Of a stretch of 34,649 nt of DNA, positions 9,170 through 19,062 are shown piece after piece. Under the pieces are notes generated by a model, which was not told where the DNA came from, ran no database searches, and saw only the letters and a program-made list of their open reading frames with translations. Source of the DNA: an uncultured Gammaproteobacteria bacterium. Lineage in GTDB: Bacteria; Patescibacteriota; Patescibacteriia; 2-12-FULL-60-25. The stretch covers positions 131,426 through 166,074 of the forward strand of contig CAYQCK010000003.1 of NCBI GenBank assembly GCA_964415965.1. The letters run 5' to 3'. A program made the position numbers and the translations under genes. Position 1 is the first letter of the stretch, and every line of letters begins with the position of its first letter.

Positions 9170-9794
9170 ATGGCGGTCTGACCCGCTCAGAGTCCTTCGA
9201 CGAAGCCTTCAGATCCGCAATCGCCTTCAGGTTTTCCCGGACCGGGACATACGCCTCATCAGACTGCCCCGAGCCCCTGTCGGCCGAATCCCGGACGGCC
9301 TTGGCCGCCTCAGCCTCCATCGAATCCAGATAATCCACGAATGCGTCGGACGGGCGCTTGCCCACGGCGACATCGGCCATGCCGACAGCCACCTCTTCCA
9401 TCCTAGCCGATACCGAAGACTCTTCGGCATTGAGCCGTTCCAGGATCCTTTCCTGCCTTTCGACGAACTCCTTAACCTGCCGATTCACGTTCTCCATGTC
9501 CATGCCGCCGAATATGGTCACTGAACCGATCGGGTTCGCCAGCCGGCTCTTGGCGATGAGGCGCTCTGAAGCCAGGGACGCCAGCCTATCCTTAAGCGGC
9601 TTCATCAACCTCTTTTCGCTGGTCGCCAAATCCTCCATGCCGCGCTCCTCAAGCGTCTTGAGCATCTCTTGGCGCTTGGCATCAAGCACCCCTTCTTTGC
9701 GCTTAAGCTGGCGGTTGTCCGCTTGCCTCCCTTCGGGCGAGGCGAGCGGGACGAATCCCTCTTGGGTGCCTTTTATCATCGTTTGGCGCTGCAT
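9168..9794 (-). CDS. coiled-coil protein, possibly PspA/IM30-like
   Basis: Highly charged, helical composition; AFVDYLDSMEAEAAKA resembles the PspA segment FESFERRIDQMEAEAES. The true start may be an internal Met. Confidence 0.3.
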   Translation of the reverse strand: MQRQTMIKGTQEGFVPLASPEGRQADNRQLKRKEGVLDAKRQEMLKTLEERGMEDLATSEKRLMKPLKDRLASLASERLIAKSRLANPIGSVTIFGGMDMENVNRQVKEFVERQERILERLNAEESSVSARMEEVAVGMADVAVGKRPSDAFVDYLDSMEAEAAKAVRDSADRGSGQSDEAYVPVRENLKAIADLKASSKDSERVRPP

Positions 9795-9816
9795 ATGCCT
9801 GGAGGGCGATGTCCGC

Positions 9817-12261
9817 TTATCTGTATATCTGCCTCAACTCGATACCGGTGTAGAAATGCTTGAGGATCTGGTCATACGTCTTGCCCTCCGCGGCCATCCC
9901 GAGCGCGCCCGTCGCCGACATGCCCACACCATGGCCCCACAAGGTCTTGCCTTGGTCCCACGGGACCGGTACGGACACGAGCCAAGGATACGGGCCGCCG
10001 CCCCAGACTTCGGTCCAAGAGCGGGTCCTGCCATCGGAACGCGAGTAGTACGGTGTGATGGCCAGCTTGCCTCCGTATGTCACGATTTGGCCGCGGGTGG
10101 CGTCGATGGCCGTGACCACATTCGAATCGCGGATCTCGGCACCGTAGCCGCGGTACACCTGGTCATACTTTGCGTCGACCGTATAGAACTCGGCCGCGTG
10201 CTTGGTCCCGCGCTGGACGTGATACATGGCATAGGTCCGGGCAGCGGTCAGCAGCGCGCGCTGGTATTCCTGCGGGCTCGAATTCGAGGTTTCGGCGATG
10301 CCCTTGAGGTACCACTCGATCGGCAACTCGTTGATGATCCACACGACGTCAGTCGACGGGGCGTAGCGCAGTTCAAGCTTGCCCCGGAACTTGTTGTCGT
10401 TCGCTCCCGGCAGCCACGACACCGGCCGCGAGATATCGGTCAATTCGAGCGGCGACAGGCCATCGGCTTGGACCGCGACGTATTGGGTGGACGATTGGAC
10501 GGCGCAGCGCGGACCGTTTGCCTTATACAGCTTGTTCGCACGGTCATATGAGACGGTCAGGATTTCGCCGGCGTTCAGGCTGCAGACGGTCCCGCCGTTC
10601 TGGTTCAGGTTGAAACCGCCGTTGACGCCACGGACCATCATCTGGTCGTCGTCCGTGGCGAACAGGCCGACGCGGATGATCGGTTCGCTCGGCAGGCTCG
10701 AGGCGTCTCCGTTCAGCGGCGCCGCATTGACCGGCTGGCTGACGGCCGGTGTCTGGGTCGTATTTTGGGTGGACGGCGCCGTCACGGCGGGCTTCTCAGG
10801 TTCGATATAGCCGTCGGCCGTCACCGTGACCGGAATCTCGATGGTGCCGTCGTCCAAAGGCTGGCCGTCGGCGTAAAGCTTGAAGCTGGCGACATAATTT
10901 CCGCGTTTCGGGGGCGCCTTGAGCGTGAAGCCGATGAAGCCGATCTGTCCCGGCGCGGTCATCGACTCGCTGCGCGCCGGCTCATTGCCCGTGAGCCATG
11001 ATTCGTCGCGGACCGTCAGGTATTTGGATTCCATGGCCGCCTGGACGCCCGCGATGCGGACCGACAGGTTCTTCCAGATGGCCGAACCCGAATTCTTGAT
11101 GCCGTAAGTCAGGGCCACGCGGCCGTTCCCGAGCAAAGTCAGGCTCTTATGCGAACTCAGCATCAATTGAGCCTTGTAGGCGCCGTTCGAAGCGGTTTGG
11201 CCCGGCTGGAAATTCAGGTTCCCGCCGACTCCGTCGACCATCATCTGTCTCGAAGGCACGACCCGAATCGGCAAATTGACGCTGCCGCCGCTTATCCAGG
11301 CCTTATCCTCGGCCGCCAATTGGAACGATTCCTGGAAAATCGCGGCTTTCTCGGGAGCGCGCAGTTGGAGTTGGAAGTGGCCGATTTGCCCCGGTTTCAC
11401 CTGGGATTCGGCCAATAACACGGCCTGAGAATCGCTCTTCCAGGAAGCGTCCTTGAACAGGCTCTTGCGGTAATCGCGGCCGGTATACAGCGAAACGTAG
11501 TTTTTGCCGTCCCGCGTCCAGGTTTCGCTGCCCGTATTCTTGAAAGCCAGGTTGACCGTGATGCGCTGGCTCGGATCCATCTGCCACTCGCTGCCGCCTT
11601 TGTCTGCGAGCTCAGCCTTCCATCCGCCCGAATCGGCCGATGGTGACTGCGCGGCCTGGGCTTGGACTGTCGTCGCCGGCTGGGTCGCGGCCGCGGTCAC
11701 GACCTGACTGGCGCCGCTGACGGTGTACTTGAGATTGACGACCGAATTTTTCACCCAAGCGTTAGGTCCGTAAGACAACAGGTAGCGCTCCTGGAAAACC
11801 CCGCTGACTTGCGGAGCTTGGATCCAAAACGTGGCTGACGCGACCTGGCCGGGTTTCACCGAGGCCTGGGCAATCACGGCCGGCAGATCATCCTTGAGCC
11901 ATGAAGCATGGCCAAAAAGCGACGACTTGCCGTAAAGGTATACCGCGGTCTTGTTTTGGCCGGCATACCAGGTCTTGGCGCCGCTGTTCTTGAACTTGAG
12001 GGTAATCAACTTCTTCTCCCCGGGCTTGAGCGTCACGGACGCGTTCGTCACCGTCGCCTGATAATCCAGGACGGCGGCGACAGCCGGCTGCGGGAGAGCT
12101 TGGAGAATGAGGCTGCAGGCAACCAAAAAGGACCCGGTCGGCCAAGCCAAAGCTTTGACCCGACTCCGGATCCTGCTGTATGCCTGAGATTTTCCCGTCC
12201 CTCGGCGCGTAGCGGGGCAGACGGTCTTCAAATCTTTCATAGGTTTTCTAAATACCTGCAT
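9817..12261 (-). CDS. secreted SpoIID/LytB-domain protein with N-terminal Ig-like/CARDB-like repeats (814 aa)
   Basis: Signal/anchor FLVACSLILQALPQPAVAA. The C-terminal ~250 aa carry the SpoIID/LytB signature (YLKGIAE...ALLTAARTYAMYH...YYSRSDGRTRSW). Upstream are repeated beta-rich modules (KPGQ...F.L.AP). Confidence 0.75.
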   Translation of the reverse strand: MQVFRKPMKDLKTVCPATRRGTGKSQAYSRIRSRVKALAWPTGSFLVACSLILQALPQPAVAAVLDYQATVTNASVTLKPGEKKLITLKFKNSGAKTWYAGQNKTAVYLYGKSSLFGHASWLKDDLPAVIAQASVKPGQVASATFWIQAPQVSGVFQERYLLSYGPNAWVKNSVVNLKYTVSGASQVVTAAATQPATTVQAQAAQSPSADSGGWKAELADKGGSEWQMDPSQRITVNLAFKNTGSETWTRDGKNYVSLYTGRDYRKSLFKDASWKSDSQAVLLAESQVKPGQIGHFQLQLRAPEKAAIFQESFQLAAEDKAWISGGSVNLPIRVVPSRQMMVDGVGGNLNFQPGQTASNGAYKAQLMLSSHKSLTLLGNGRVALTYGIKNSGSAIWKNLSVRIAGVQAAMESKYLTVRDESWLTGNEPARSESMTAPGQIGFIGFTLKAPPKRGNYVASFKLYADGQPLDDGTIEIPVTVTADGYIEPEKPAVTAPSTQNTTQTPAVSQPVNAAPLNGDASSLPSEPIIRVGLFATDDDQMMVRGVNGGFNLNQNGGTVCSLNAGEILTVSYDRANKLYKANGPRCAVQSSTQYVAVQADGLSPLELTDISRPVSWLPGANDNKFRGKLELRYAPSTDVVWIINELPIEWYLKGIAETSNSSPQEYQRALLTAARTYAMYHVQRGTKHAAEFYTVDAKYDQVYRGYGAEIRDSNVVTAIDATRGQIVTYGGKLAITPYYSRSDGRTRSWTEVWGGGPYPWLVSVPVPWDQGKTLWGHGVGMSATGALGMAAEGKTYDQILKHFYTGIELRQIYR

Positions 12262-12469
12262 CCTTCTATATATCGCTATTTGTTTTTAACGTTACCTTTT
12301 ACTCGCACATAAAGGATACCATTTTTTGGCTTCATTGTCAATAATTTCATCAATTTTACCCCAACTCAGGCAAAATTCCCATGAACAAAATCGTGGTTCG
12401 TTACGCTAAAAACGCCATAAGCTGAATTCGGGCGCCGCTCCCTTTAAACTAATCCCTTTTCATGCCAAA

Positions 12470-13933
12470 ATGGCCGATATGAACGAAACCGGAATCCTGG
12501 CCTGGAACACGGCCGTCCAAGCGGCCGGCAAGATCATCTCGACCGCCCTTGGCGTGGTCATGATCGCGGTCATGACCCGCCAACTCGGCCAGGACGGCTT
12601 CGGCATCTACACCACCGCCGTCAGCTATTTCCAGATCTTCGCCCTGCTCCTGGACCTCGGGATCAACGTCATGTACGTCCAGATGCTGGGCGAGAACAAG
12701 GGCGACCGCGCCGCCGAAGACCGCATCACGAGCGCCGTCTACACCTTCCGCCTCGTGACTTCCTTCGTCCTGCTCACCCTCGCGCCTGTCATCGCCCTGT
12801 TCCTCGGCTATCCCTGGGAACTCAAGCTGACCCTCTTCGCCATCTGGGGCGCATTCCTCTCGACCTGCCTCAACCAGATCGTCATCGGCACCCACCAGCG
12901 CCACCTCAAGATGCACATCGTGGCCGCCGCCGAGGTGGTGGGCCGCATCGTGATGGTCGGCGGCGTGGTCCTGGCCGCGGCCATGGGTTGGGGCATTGTG
13001 CCCATGGCCATCCTCATCTCGCTCGGGAATTTCGCCAACTTCCTGTTCAACTTCTTGGTGGCGCGCCGTTTCGCGAGTTTCGCCTGGAACTGGGACATGC
13101 CGTTCTGGAAGCGCCTGCTCAAGCGCACTTGGCCCATCGGCATCTCGATCATCTTCAATCTCGTCTATTACCGCGCCGATACCCTCATCCTGTCGTTCGT
13201 CCGGCCCATGAGCGAAGTCGGCCTCTACGGCGCCGCCTACCGCGTCCTCGAGATACTGATCGCCTTCCCCTTCATGTACGCCGGGGTGCTTTTGCCGCTC
13301 ATCGCCCACGCCTGGGCCCAGCGCGACCATGAGCGCTTCGACCGGCTCCTCCGCACGAGTTATCTGGCCATGATGCTGGTCGCCGCCCCGCTCGTGGCCG
13401 GCGCCTTGGTCGTGGGCACGCCGCTCATGCAAGCCGTGGCCGGACAGGATTTCACGGCCTCGGGAGACATCCTGAAGATCCTGACCTTGGCGGTAGGCGT
13501 GATTTTCCTGGGGACCGTCTCATCGCATGCCATCGTGGCTCTCGACGCCCAGCGCCGCACCGTGCCGCTCTACGTGGTCGTGGCGGTCCTGACACTGCTT
13601 GGTTATCTCGTCCTCATCCCCCGTTACGGCATGTACGCCGCGGCCTGGCTCACGGTCTTCTCCGAAGCTTGCGTGGCCATCGGTACGACCGTCATCTCAC
13701 TCAGCCGTTCGCGCACCCGCTTGCCCTGGATGCAGCTCGCCAAATGCCTGGCCGCCGCCGGCATCATGGCTCTCGTCATCTGGCCGTTGCGCGGGCTTTG
13801 GCTGCCGGCGACCATCGTCCTGGGCGGGCTGGTCTATTTCGGCTTCGTCATGATCTTCGGCGCCGTCACCGAGAAATCCATCAAGGAGCTGGTCTTCTTG
13901 CGCCAAGGCGCCCCGCCAGTCGACTCGCTTTGA
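12470..13933 (+). CDS. polysaccharide/O-unit flippase (Wzx-like, MOP superfamily)
   Basis: 487 aa, about 12-14 TM helices, with the N-terminal pattern typical of polysaccharide biosynthesis flippases. Confidence 0.7.
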   Translation: MADMNETGILAWNTAVQAAGKIISTALGVVMIAVMTRQLGQDGFGIYTTAVSYFQIFALLLDLGINVMYVQMLGENKGDRAAEDRITSAVYTFRLVTSFVLLTLAPVIALFLGYPWELKLTLFAIWGAFLSTCLNQIVIGTHQRHLKMHIVAAAEVVGRIVMVGGVVLAAAMGWGIVPMAILISLGNFANFLFNFLVARRFASFAWNWDMPFWKRLLKRTWPIGISIIFNLVYYRADTLILSFVRPMSEVGLYGAAYRVLEILIAFPFMYAGVLLPLIAHAWAQRDHERFDRLLRTSYLAMMLVAAPLVAGALVVGTPLMQAVAGQDFTASGDILKILTLAVGVIFLGTVSSHAIVALDAQRRTVPLYVVVAVLTLLGYLVLIPRYGMYAAAWLTVFSEACVAIGTTVISLSRSRTRLPWMQLAKCLAAAGIMALVIWPLRGLWLPATIVLGGLVYFGFVMIFGAVTEKSIKELVFLRQGAPPVDSL

Positions 13934-13952
13934 CCCCGCCTGACGGAAGGAT

Positions 13953-15200
13953 ATGGACTACCTGCCTTTCTTAGCCGCCTTAGCCTGGGGCATCCTGGCC
14001 TGGTCCAAGCCGCGCTGGGCCGTCTTGGCCTTGCCCGCGCTGCTGCCGGCTTACGTCTGGCGCACGCATCTCGGGCCTTTGCCGACCACGGCACTGGAAC
14101 TCCTGTTCGCGGCGACGGCCCTCGGCGCGACCTTAAAACTCGGATTGAAGCCCTGGCTCGACGGCTGGCGCTCCTCGGCCGCCTGGAGCTGGCCCATGCT
14201 GGCGTGGATCGCCGCAACGCTCCTCGCCGTCTGGATCGCCCCGGACCATCTGGCCGCGATGGGCCTCTGGCGCGCTTTCGTGCTCGAACCTCTCGCCTAC
14301 TTCATCTTGCTCAACGCTTTCCTTAAAAAAGACGAAGACCGCCGAATCGTCGTCCACGCGCTCGCCGCTTCGGCGATTTCAGTCTTCATCTGGTGCCTTA
14401 TCCAATATCTGACCGGCTACGGCATCCCGCACCCATGGGACACCGGCTTCCTGACCCGCCGCGCCACCGGCCCATTCCCCTTCCCCAACGCCGTCTCGCT
14501 CTACTGCGCCCCTCTGGCCGCTTTATTTTTTGGCCTAGCCCTCACCCGAGCTACCAGCCACCAGATACCAGCTACCAGAACCCTACTCTGGCTCGCTTTC
14601 GCCTCAGCGACGCTGGCCACGCTCCTCGCCAAAAGCGTCGGCGGCACGCTCGGCATCCTGGCGGCCGTGTTTCTCTGGCTCGTCTGGAACAAGCGGACCC
14701 GTTGGTTCGCGGTCGGGACGCTCGTCATCGCGGTCACATTCATCTTCGCCGTCCCGCAACTGCGCAACCCGACCGTCAAAACCCTGACCTTCGACGGCTG
14801 GTCGGGTCGGGTCCGCGTCTGGATGTGGCAGGAGACTTGGCAGATGCTCAAAGACCGGCCCATCTTCGGTGCCGGGTTGGGCGCCTATCCGGAAGTCTTC
14901 AAGCCCTACCACAAAAAGACGTTCATCGAGATTTTCCAGTATCCGCACAACATCGTCCTTAACCTCTGGAGCGAAACCGGCCTCCTCGGCCTGTTCGTCT
15001 TCGCATGGATCTTCGCGACCTGGATCCGGCTCGCGTGCCTTCCCCGAGCTACCAGCTACCAGCTACCAGCTATCCTCCTCCCCCTCCTCGCCGTCCTGGT
15101 CCAAGGCCTGGTCGACGTGCCGTATTTCAAGAACGATCTGGCCTTCACTTTTTGGATCCTGGCCGCGCTGGCCAGCCCCTTGCCGCAGACGAAGGCTTAA
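13953..15200 (+). CDS. O-antigen ligase/polymerase family (Wzy_C) membrane protein
   Basis: 415 aa polytopic protein with a large periplasmic loop near the C-terminal third, as in the WaaL/Wzy family. Contains two internal GCTACCA-type heptamer repeat tracts. Confidence 0.65.
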   Translation: MDYLPFLAALAWGILAWSKPRWAVLALPALLPAYVWRTHLGPLPTTALELLFAATALGATLKLGLKPWLDGWRSSAAWSWPMLAWIAATLLAVWIAPDHLAAMGLWRAFVLEPLAYFILLNAFLKKDEDRRIVVHALAASAISVFIWCLIQYLTGYGIPHPWDTGFLTRRATGPFPFPNAVSLYCAPLAALFFGLALTRATSHQIPATRTLLWLAFASATLATLLAKSVGGTLGILAAVFLWLVWNKRTRWFAVGTLVIAVTFIFAVPQLRNPTVKTLTFDGWSGRVRVWMWQETWQMLKDRPIFGAGLGAYPEVFKPYHKKTFIEIFQYPHNIVLNLWSETGLLGLFVFAWIFATWIRLACLPRATSYQLPAILLPLLAVLVQGLVDVPYFKNDLAFTFWILAALASPLPQTKA

Positions 15201-15217
15201 CCTGTATAATCCGAAAT

Positions 15218-15661
15218 ATGCGAAACAAACACTTCCTTCCTGCCTTCTGCCTCGTCCTGGCAGCCTCGCTCATCGGCGCGGGCTGCGAGCTCCCCGCGGC
15301 CGAGGACGGCGGCGCCGTAACCCAAACCGAAACCGCAACCTCGACCGAAACCGTCACGGCCAAACCCACGGTCATCGAGCTCTACACCAGCGAAACCTGT
15401 CCGCACTGCCACAACGTCAAAAACCAAATCGCGGCTAACGGCTGGGACAAGCTGATGCCCATCGGACAGAAGCCGCTGGAGGACCAAGCGAACCTGAAAC
15501 TCGTCACGGAACGGGCGAAAACCTGCCGCCTGGCGCTCGATAAGCTCCAGGTACCCATGCTCTGGAACGGCCAACGCTGCCTGACCGGCGACGGCCCCAT
15601 CCTGGGCTATCTGACCCAGCTCTCCAAACTCTATGAGACTTCGACATCTACTTCCCGTTAG
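15218..15661 (+). CDS. thioredoxin-fold lipoprotein (glutaredoxin/NrdH-like, CPHC active site)
   Basis: Lipobox LIGAGC, then ELYTSETCPHCHNV...VPMLW...G, which is a Trx-fold signature. Start trimmed to the ATG at 15218. Confidence 0.6.
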   Translation: MRNKHFLPAFCLVLAASLIGAGCELPAAEDGGAVTQTETATSTETVTAKPTVIELYTSETCPHCHNVKNQIAANGWDKLMPIGQKPLEDQANLKLVTERAKTCRLALDKLQVPMLWNGQRCLTGDGPILGYLTQLSKLYETSTSTSR

Positions 15662-16139
15662 CGCGCTCGGTCTGGTCCTGGCCCTGCCGGCCAAAGCCGT
15701 CTGCCCGGTCTGCACCATCGCGGTCTGCGCCGGCCTCGGGCTCTCGCGCTGGCTCGGCATCGACGACACCGTCAGCGGCGTCTGGATCGGCGGAGTCACC
15801 TTCTCGCTCATCGCCTGGACCAAAAGCTGGCTTGACCGCAAACGCATCCGCTTTCCGGGCCGGCCCATCCTGATCGCCGCAGCCTATTACGCCTTGGTCC
15901 TCGGTCCGCTCTTCTGGCTCGACATCATCGGCCATCCGCAAAACGTGCTCTGGGGCATGGACAAGCTCCTCCTCGGCACGCTCTTCGGCAGCGTCGGCTT
16001 CGCCCTGGCGGCTTCGCTCTACGAACCGCTCAAGCGCCGCAACGGCGACAAGCCCCACTTCCCTTTCCAGAAGGTCGCCATGCCGGTCGGCGCCTTGGTC
16101 ATCTTGAGCTTATTCTTCTATTTCCTCACCCGCACCTGA
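15633..16139 (+). CDS. integral membrane protein with N-terminal CxxC...C cysteines (168 aa)
   Basis: AVCPVCTIAVCAG followed by 3-4 TM segments. Overlaps the upstream Trx-fold gene by 29 nt. Confidence 0.45.
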   Translation: MRLRHLLPVSALGLVLALPAKAVCPVCTIAVCAGLGLSRWLGIDDTVSGVWIGGVTFSLIAWTKSWLDRKRIRFPGRPILIAAAYYALVLGPLFWLDIIGHPQNVLWGMDKLLLGTLFGSVGFALAASLYEPLKRRNGDKPHFPFQKVAMPVGALVILSLFFYFLTRT

Positions 16140-16140
16140 T

Positions 16141-16671
16141 ATGCCCAACGACATCGCCAAGCTCGACGAATTCATCCGCAAAGTGGATGACATGAAGAAA
16201 GAGAACAAGCTGGACCTGTCCGCCGACCAGGACCTGTCCCTCGCGGTCATGAATCTGGTCAGCATCGAGGAGCACTTCTTCTTCACCGGCGCCAAACTCG
16301 GCAAACCGGAATATTATGACCTCTTGGCCGAAGTCCGCGAGATGCGCAAAGGCCTGCTCAAGAAGCTCGTCGGCGAAACCGAAGGCGAGGTCTGGTGCAT
16401 CTCCAAGCACCTCTTGGCCGCTTCGATGCGCCTCATGGAGGTCGGCACCAAGCAGCAAGGCCTAGGCAAAAAAGACGAGGCCCGCGAGCTGTTCCAAAAA
16501 TCCTACGACCTCTACTCTTTGTTCTGGGGCCTGAACATGAAGCTCATTAGCGTTCCGGACGTCAAAGCCGTTGACGAACAGGCTGTAAACCGCCACGACA
16601 CCGAAAAAACCGGCTTCATGGGCAAACTCGGCCAACTGGTAAAAAAAGCCATCGACTGCTGCCTGGAATAA
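16141..16671 (+). CDS. hypothetical cytoplasmic protein (176 aa)
   Basis: Starts 2 nt after the previous stop and is followed by a terminator hairpin. Confidence 0.5.
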   Translation: MPNDIAKLDEFIRKVDDMKKENKLDLSADQDLSLAVMNLVSIEEHFFFTGAKLGKPEYYDLLAEVREMRKGLLKKLVGETEGEVWCISKHLLAASMRLMEVGTKQQGLGKKDEARELFQKSYDLYSLFWGLNMKLISVPDVKAVDEQAVNRHDTEKTGFMGKLGQLVKKAIDCCLE

Positions 16672-16689
16672 AATATTTTGAAACGCGAC

Positions 16690-16716
16690 AAAAGGAGCCC
16701 ATTGGCTCCTTTTTCA
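16690..16716 (+). terminator. intrinsic terminator
   Basis: AAAAGGAGCC-cattg-GCTCCTTTTT followed by CATTT. Confidence 0.7.
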
Positions 16717-16726
16717 TTTAGCGACG

Positions 16727-16870
16727 CCCCACTTCGCAAGTGACCCCGGGGGTCTGGGGGTCCGCGCCAAGCGTGGTGGCAGGATAACTAACGTCGGCGA
16801 CACCGAGAGCGGCATCGCGGACCCCCAGGACTTTTGCTACTTTTGGTCACAAAAGTAGATAGGAGGGCTT
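16727..16870 (+). repeat. copy A of the conserved structured element (core only; lacks the 5' GGATTCCAGC...GCTGGAATGAC module)
   Basis: CACTTCGCAAGTGAC...GGGGGTCCGCG...GACACCGAGAGCGGCATCGCGGACCCCC...CTACTTTTGGTCACAAAAGTAGATAGGAGGGCTTT. Its 3' end overlaps the stop codon of the convergent HD gene. Confidence 0.85.
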
Positions 16871-17785
16871 TCACTCTCTGATCATCGCCTTGGTCAGCTC
16901 TTCTTCCGAAGATTCAAGCACCGCGATGACGCGTCGATAGTCTTCTTTGGACTTGTCAGGCAAATCTTTCTGTCCGTCCACGATTTTCCGCAGTTGCGCG
17001 ATGGCGCCGGCGTGATCCAGCCCGCCGCGGCCACGGAACGCCTGGTACTTGTCGATGACGGCCAAAACCCCGTACCTCTCCATGAGTTCCAGGACCTTTG
17101 AACCGGGATGGATATCATCCAAGGGCACACGGGCCGGGTTCCGTCCCTCCAGGATGTGGTGCGTCGCGGCGATGACGACGACTTCGTCGTCTATCGCCCC
17201 GCCGCGGTTGCGCTGCAGCACTTCATACGTCCAGTCGGCATGGTCGCGCCAGAACTCCAACATCGGTTTGGTCTCGACATCCACGCCCAGCTCCTGGGCC
17301 AGCACCGACCTGATGCCGACGGGATCCCGCGTTTCCGTCTCACGCATGAACTCGGCGACCGTCTTCGGGACCGGCTTGCCGCCGACCGTCCTGAACGGAT
17401 TGAACGGCATCTTGGGCGTGGCGAACAGCGTCTTGATGGCCGCCCGCAAGGCTGGCGACTTGGTTTCCGGACCAGACTTCCCGATGTCGTGCAGCAGGGC
17501 GCAAAGCATCAGCTTTTCACGCGTCATGCCCCGGATGTCGAGCTTGGGCCAGATTGCCCCGACCATCCGCGCCATGCAGATCGCGTCCTCCAGGTGTTCC
17601 CCCGTCTCGATTAGGCGTTCCCGCAACTCCGGACGTTCCTCCAGCCTGAAGTCCAACCCCAGCTTGGCGACCTGCTCCAATACGCGTTGCCTGGCGGCTT
17701 CCTCCGGAGGCGTTTCGGACGGCATGGGCATTCTCGGTTCAGGCATACTTGGGCTATAGGATAGCCGTCCCAGGGCATTTGGCAA
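16871..17785 (-). CDS. HD-domain phosphohydrolase
   Basis: LLHDIGK, the HD motif, with further conserved His/Asp (ATHHILEG). Confidence 0.65.
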   Translation of the reverse strand: MPNALGRLSYSPSMPEPRMPMPSETPPEEAARQRVLEQVAKLGLDFRLEERPELRERLIETGEHLEDAICMARMVGAIWPKLDIRGMTREKLMLCALLHDIGKSGPETKSPALRAAIKTLFATPKMPFNPFRTVGGKPVPKTVAEFMRETETRDPVGIRSVLAQELGVDVETKPMLEFWRDHADWTYEVLQRNRGGAIDDEVVVIAATHHILEGRNPARVPLDDIHPGSKVLELMERYGVLAVIDKYQAFRGRGGLDHAGAIAQLRKIVDGQKDLPDKSKEDYRRVIAVLESSEEELTKAMIRE

Positions 17786-17791
17786 ATCCCG

Positions 17792-18163
17792 TTAACCAGT
17801 CAGGGCCCGCAGGGCCTCTTCCGTGCTGCCGACGAAAAACGTTTGGCCGCCCCGGTTGCTTTCGCGGATCAGCGCCTGCAGGCTCTCGCTTTGATAGCCC
17901 GAGAAGTCGCCCACGATAGCCAACTGGACGTGATACGTGACGGACTTCTGCAGGATCTCGCCGGCTAAGCCAGTGCGCAGATCGAAAAAATCCGGATTGA
18001 TGTTATCCGCGTGCAGGATGATCTTCTTGGGCGACTGGACGGCGGGATGCGCCATCAGGTCCAAGGCATCGCCGGCCGTCCGGATGACGATGCCGTCCGC
18101 CAAGACCTCCGCGACCTTCTGCCCATCGTATTCATGCGTTTTGATTTCCATGCCGGGAAGCAT
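17792..18163 (-). CDS. DUF4180-like small protein (123 aa)
   Basis: ORF 6 nt downstream of the HD gene on the same strand. Composition is protein-like; family assignment is from memory of the DUF4180 pattern. Confidence 0.4.
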   Translation of the reverse strand: MLPGMEIKTHEYDGQKVAEVLADGIVIRTAGDALDLMAHPAVQSPKKIILHADNINPDFFDLRTGLAGEILQKSVTYHVQLAIVGDFSGYQSESLQALIRESNRGGQTFFVGSTEEALRALTG

Positions 18164-18197
18164 AGCACAAAACCCGGGTATTGCCCGGGTTTTGTGC

Positions 18198-18287
<90 letters not shown>

Positions 18288-18486
18288 ATGCTCGGCCTTG
18301 CGACCTTCGTTCCGTTCACGCCTGCTGGCGCTCACCGCACTTCCGGTCGGGGCCTGCGCTCCCCATTCGCCCGCTGGCGAACGAGGGCCCCACCACATCG
18401 GATGCGCGGACAGCGTAACCGATTGAGGCTTGACGGTCAACCCGGGGCATTGTAAGGCGCCGGATTATTCCTTAATCTATGGATAT

Positions 18487-18690
18487 ATGTCGACTCCCGA
18501 CACCCTGCGCGCCCTGTGCTTCGATGAAGCCGGAGCCGCGCGCCCCAAGAACGACTGCCGCGCCAGCATCATCAACCATCTCATCTTGGAGGAAGGTTTG
18601 GATATCGACGAAGCCGAGGACCTGGCCGAGCAGACGCTCCGCCAAGCCAACCTCTGGCCGGAGAATCCGACGGCACAACCGCTGCCGTAA
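18487..18690 (+). CDS. possible small acidic protein (67 aa)
   Basis: ORF with plausible composition, followed by a highly structured non-coding stretch. No strong RBS. Confidence 0.25.
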   Translation: MSTPDTLRALCFDEAGAARPKNDCRASIINHLILEEGLDIDEAEDLAEQTLRQANLWPENPTAQPLP

Positions 18691-19062
18691 ACAAGATCCC
18701 GGGTCGCGCTCCGCTTGCCCGGGATGCCTCGCCACGCGAGGCACTTATCCACCGTTGCGCTCTTGACGCGGTCCATGCGGCATGAGAAGAAATAGCCATG
18801 CAAGTCGGTAACGTCTCCGTCGCGACATCCGCAGTCCGCTCCGCAGTTTGCGCTGAGCGCCAGGTTCGACTCCCCCACGTCTGATCCCAGGTGGGTTTTT
18901 TCGTTCGCCGTCCGGCGTCGGATACCGATTCGACGCGGTCCGGTGAGCGGGGCAGGACTCATTGAGTCTCTCCCCTTCCAACATCGCGTTGGCTCACGGG
19001 ATCCCAGATGCGGGTGTCGCCGTTCCCATGCTTGGCGGCGACGCAGCATCGCCAGGAGGAAA

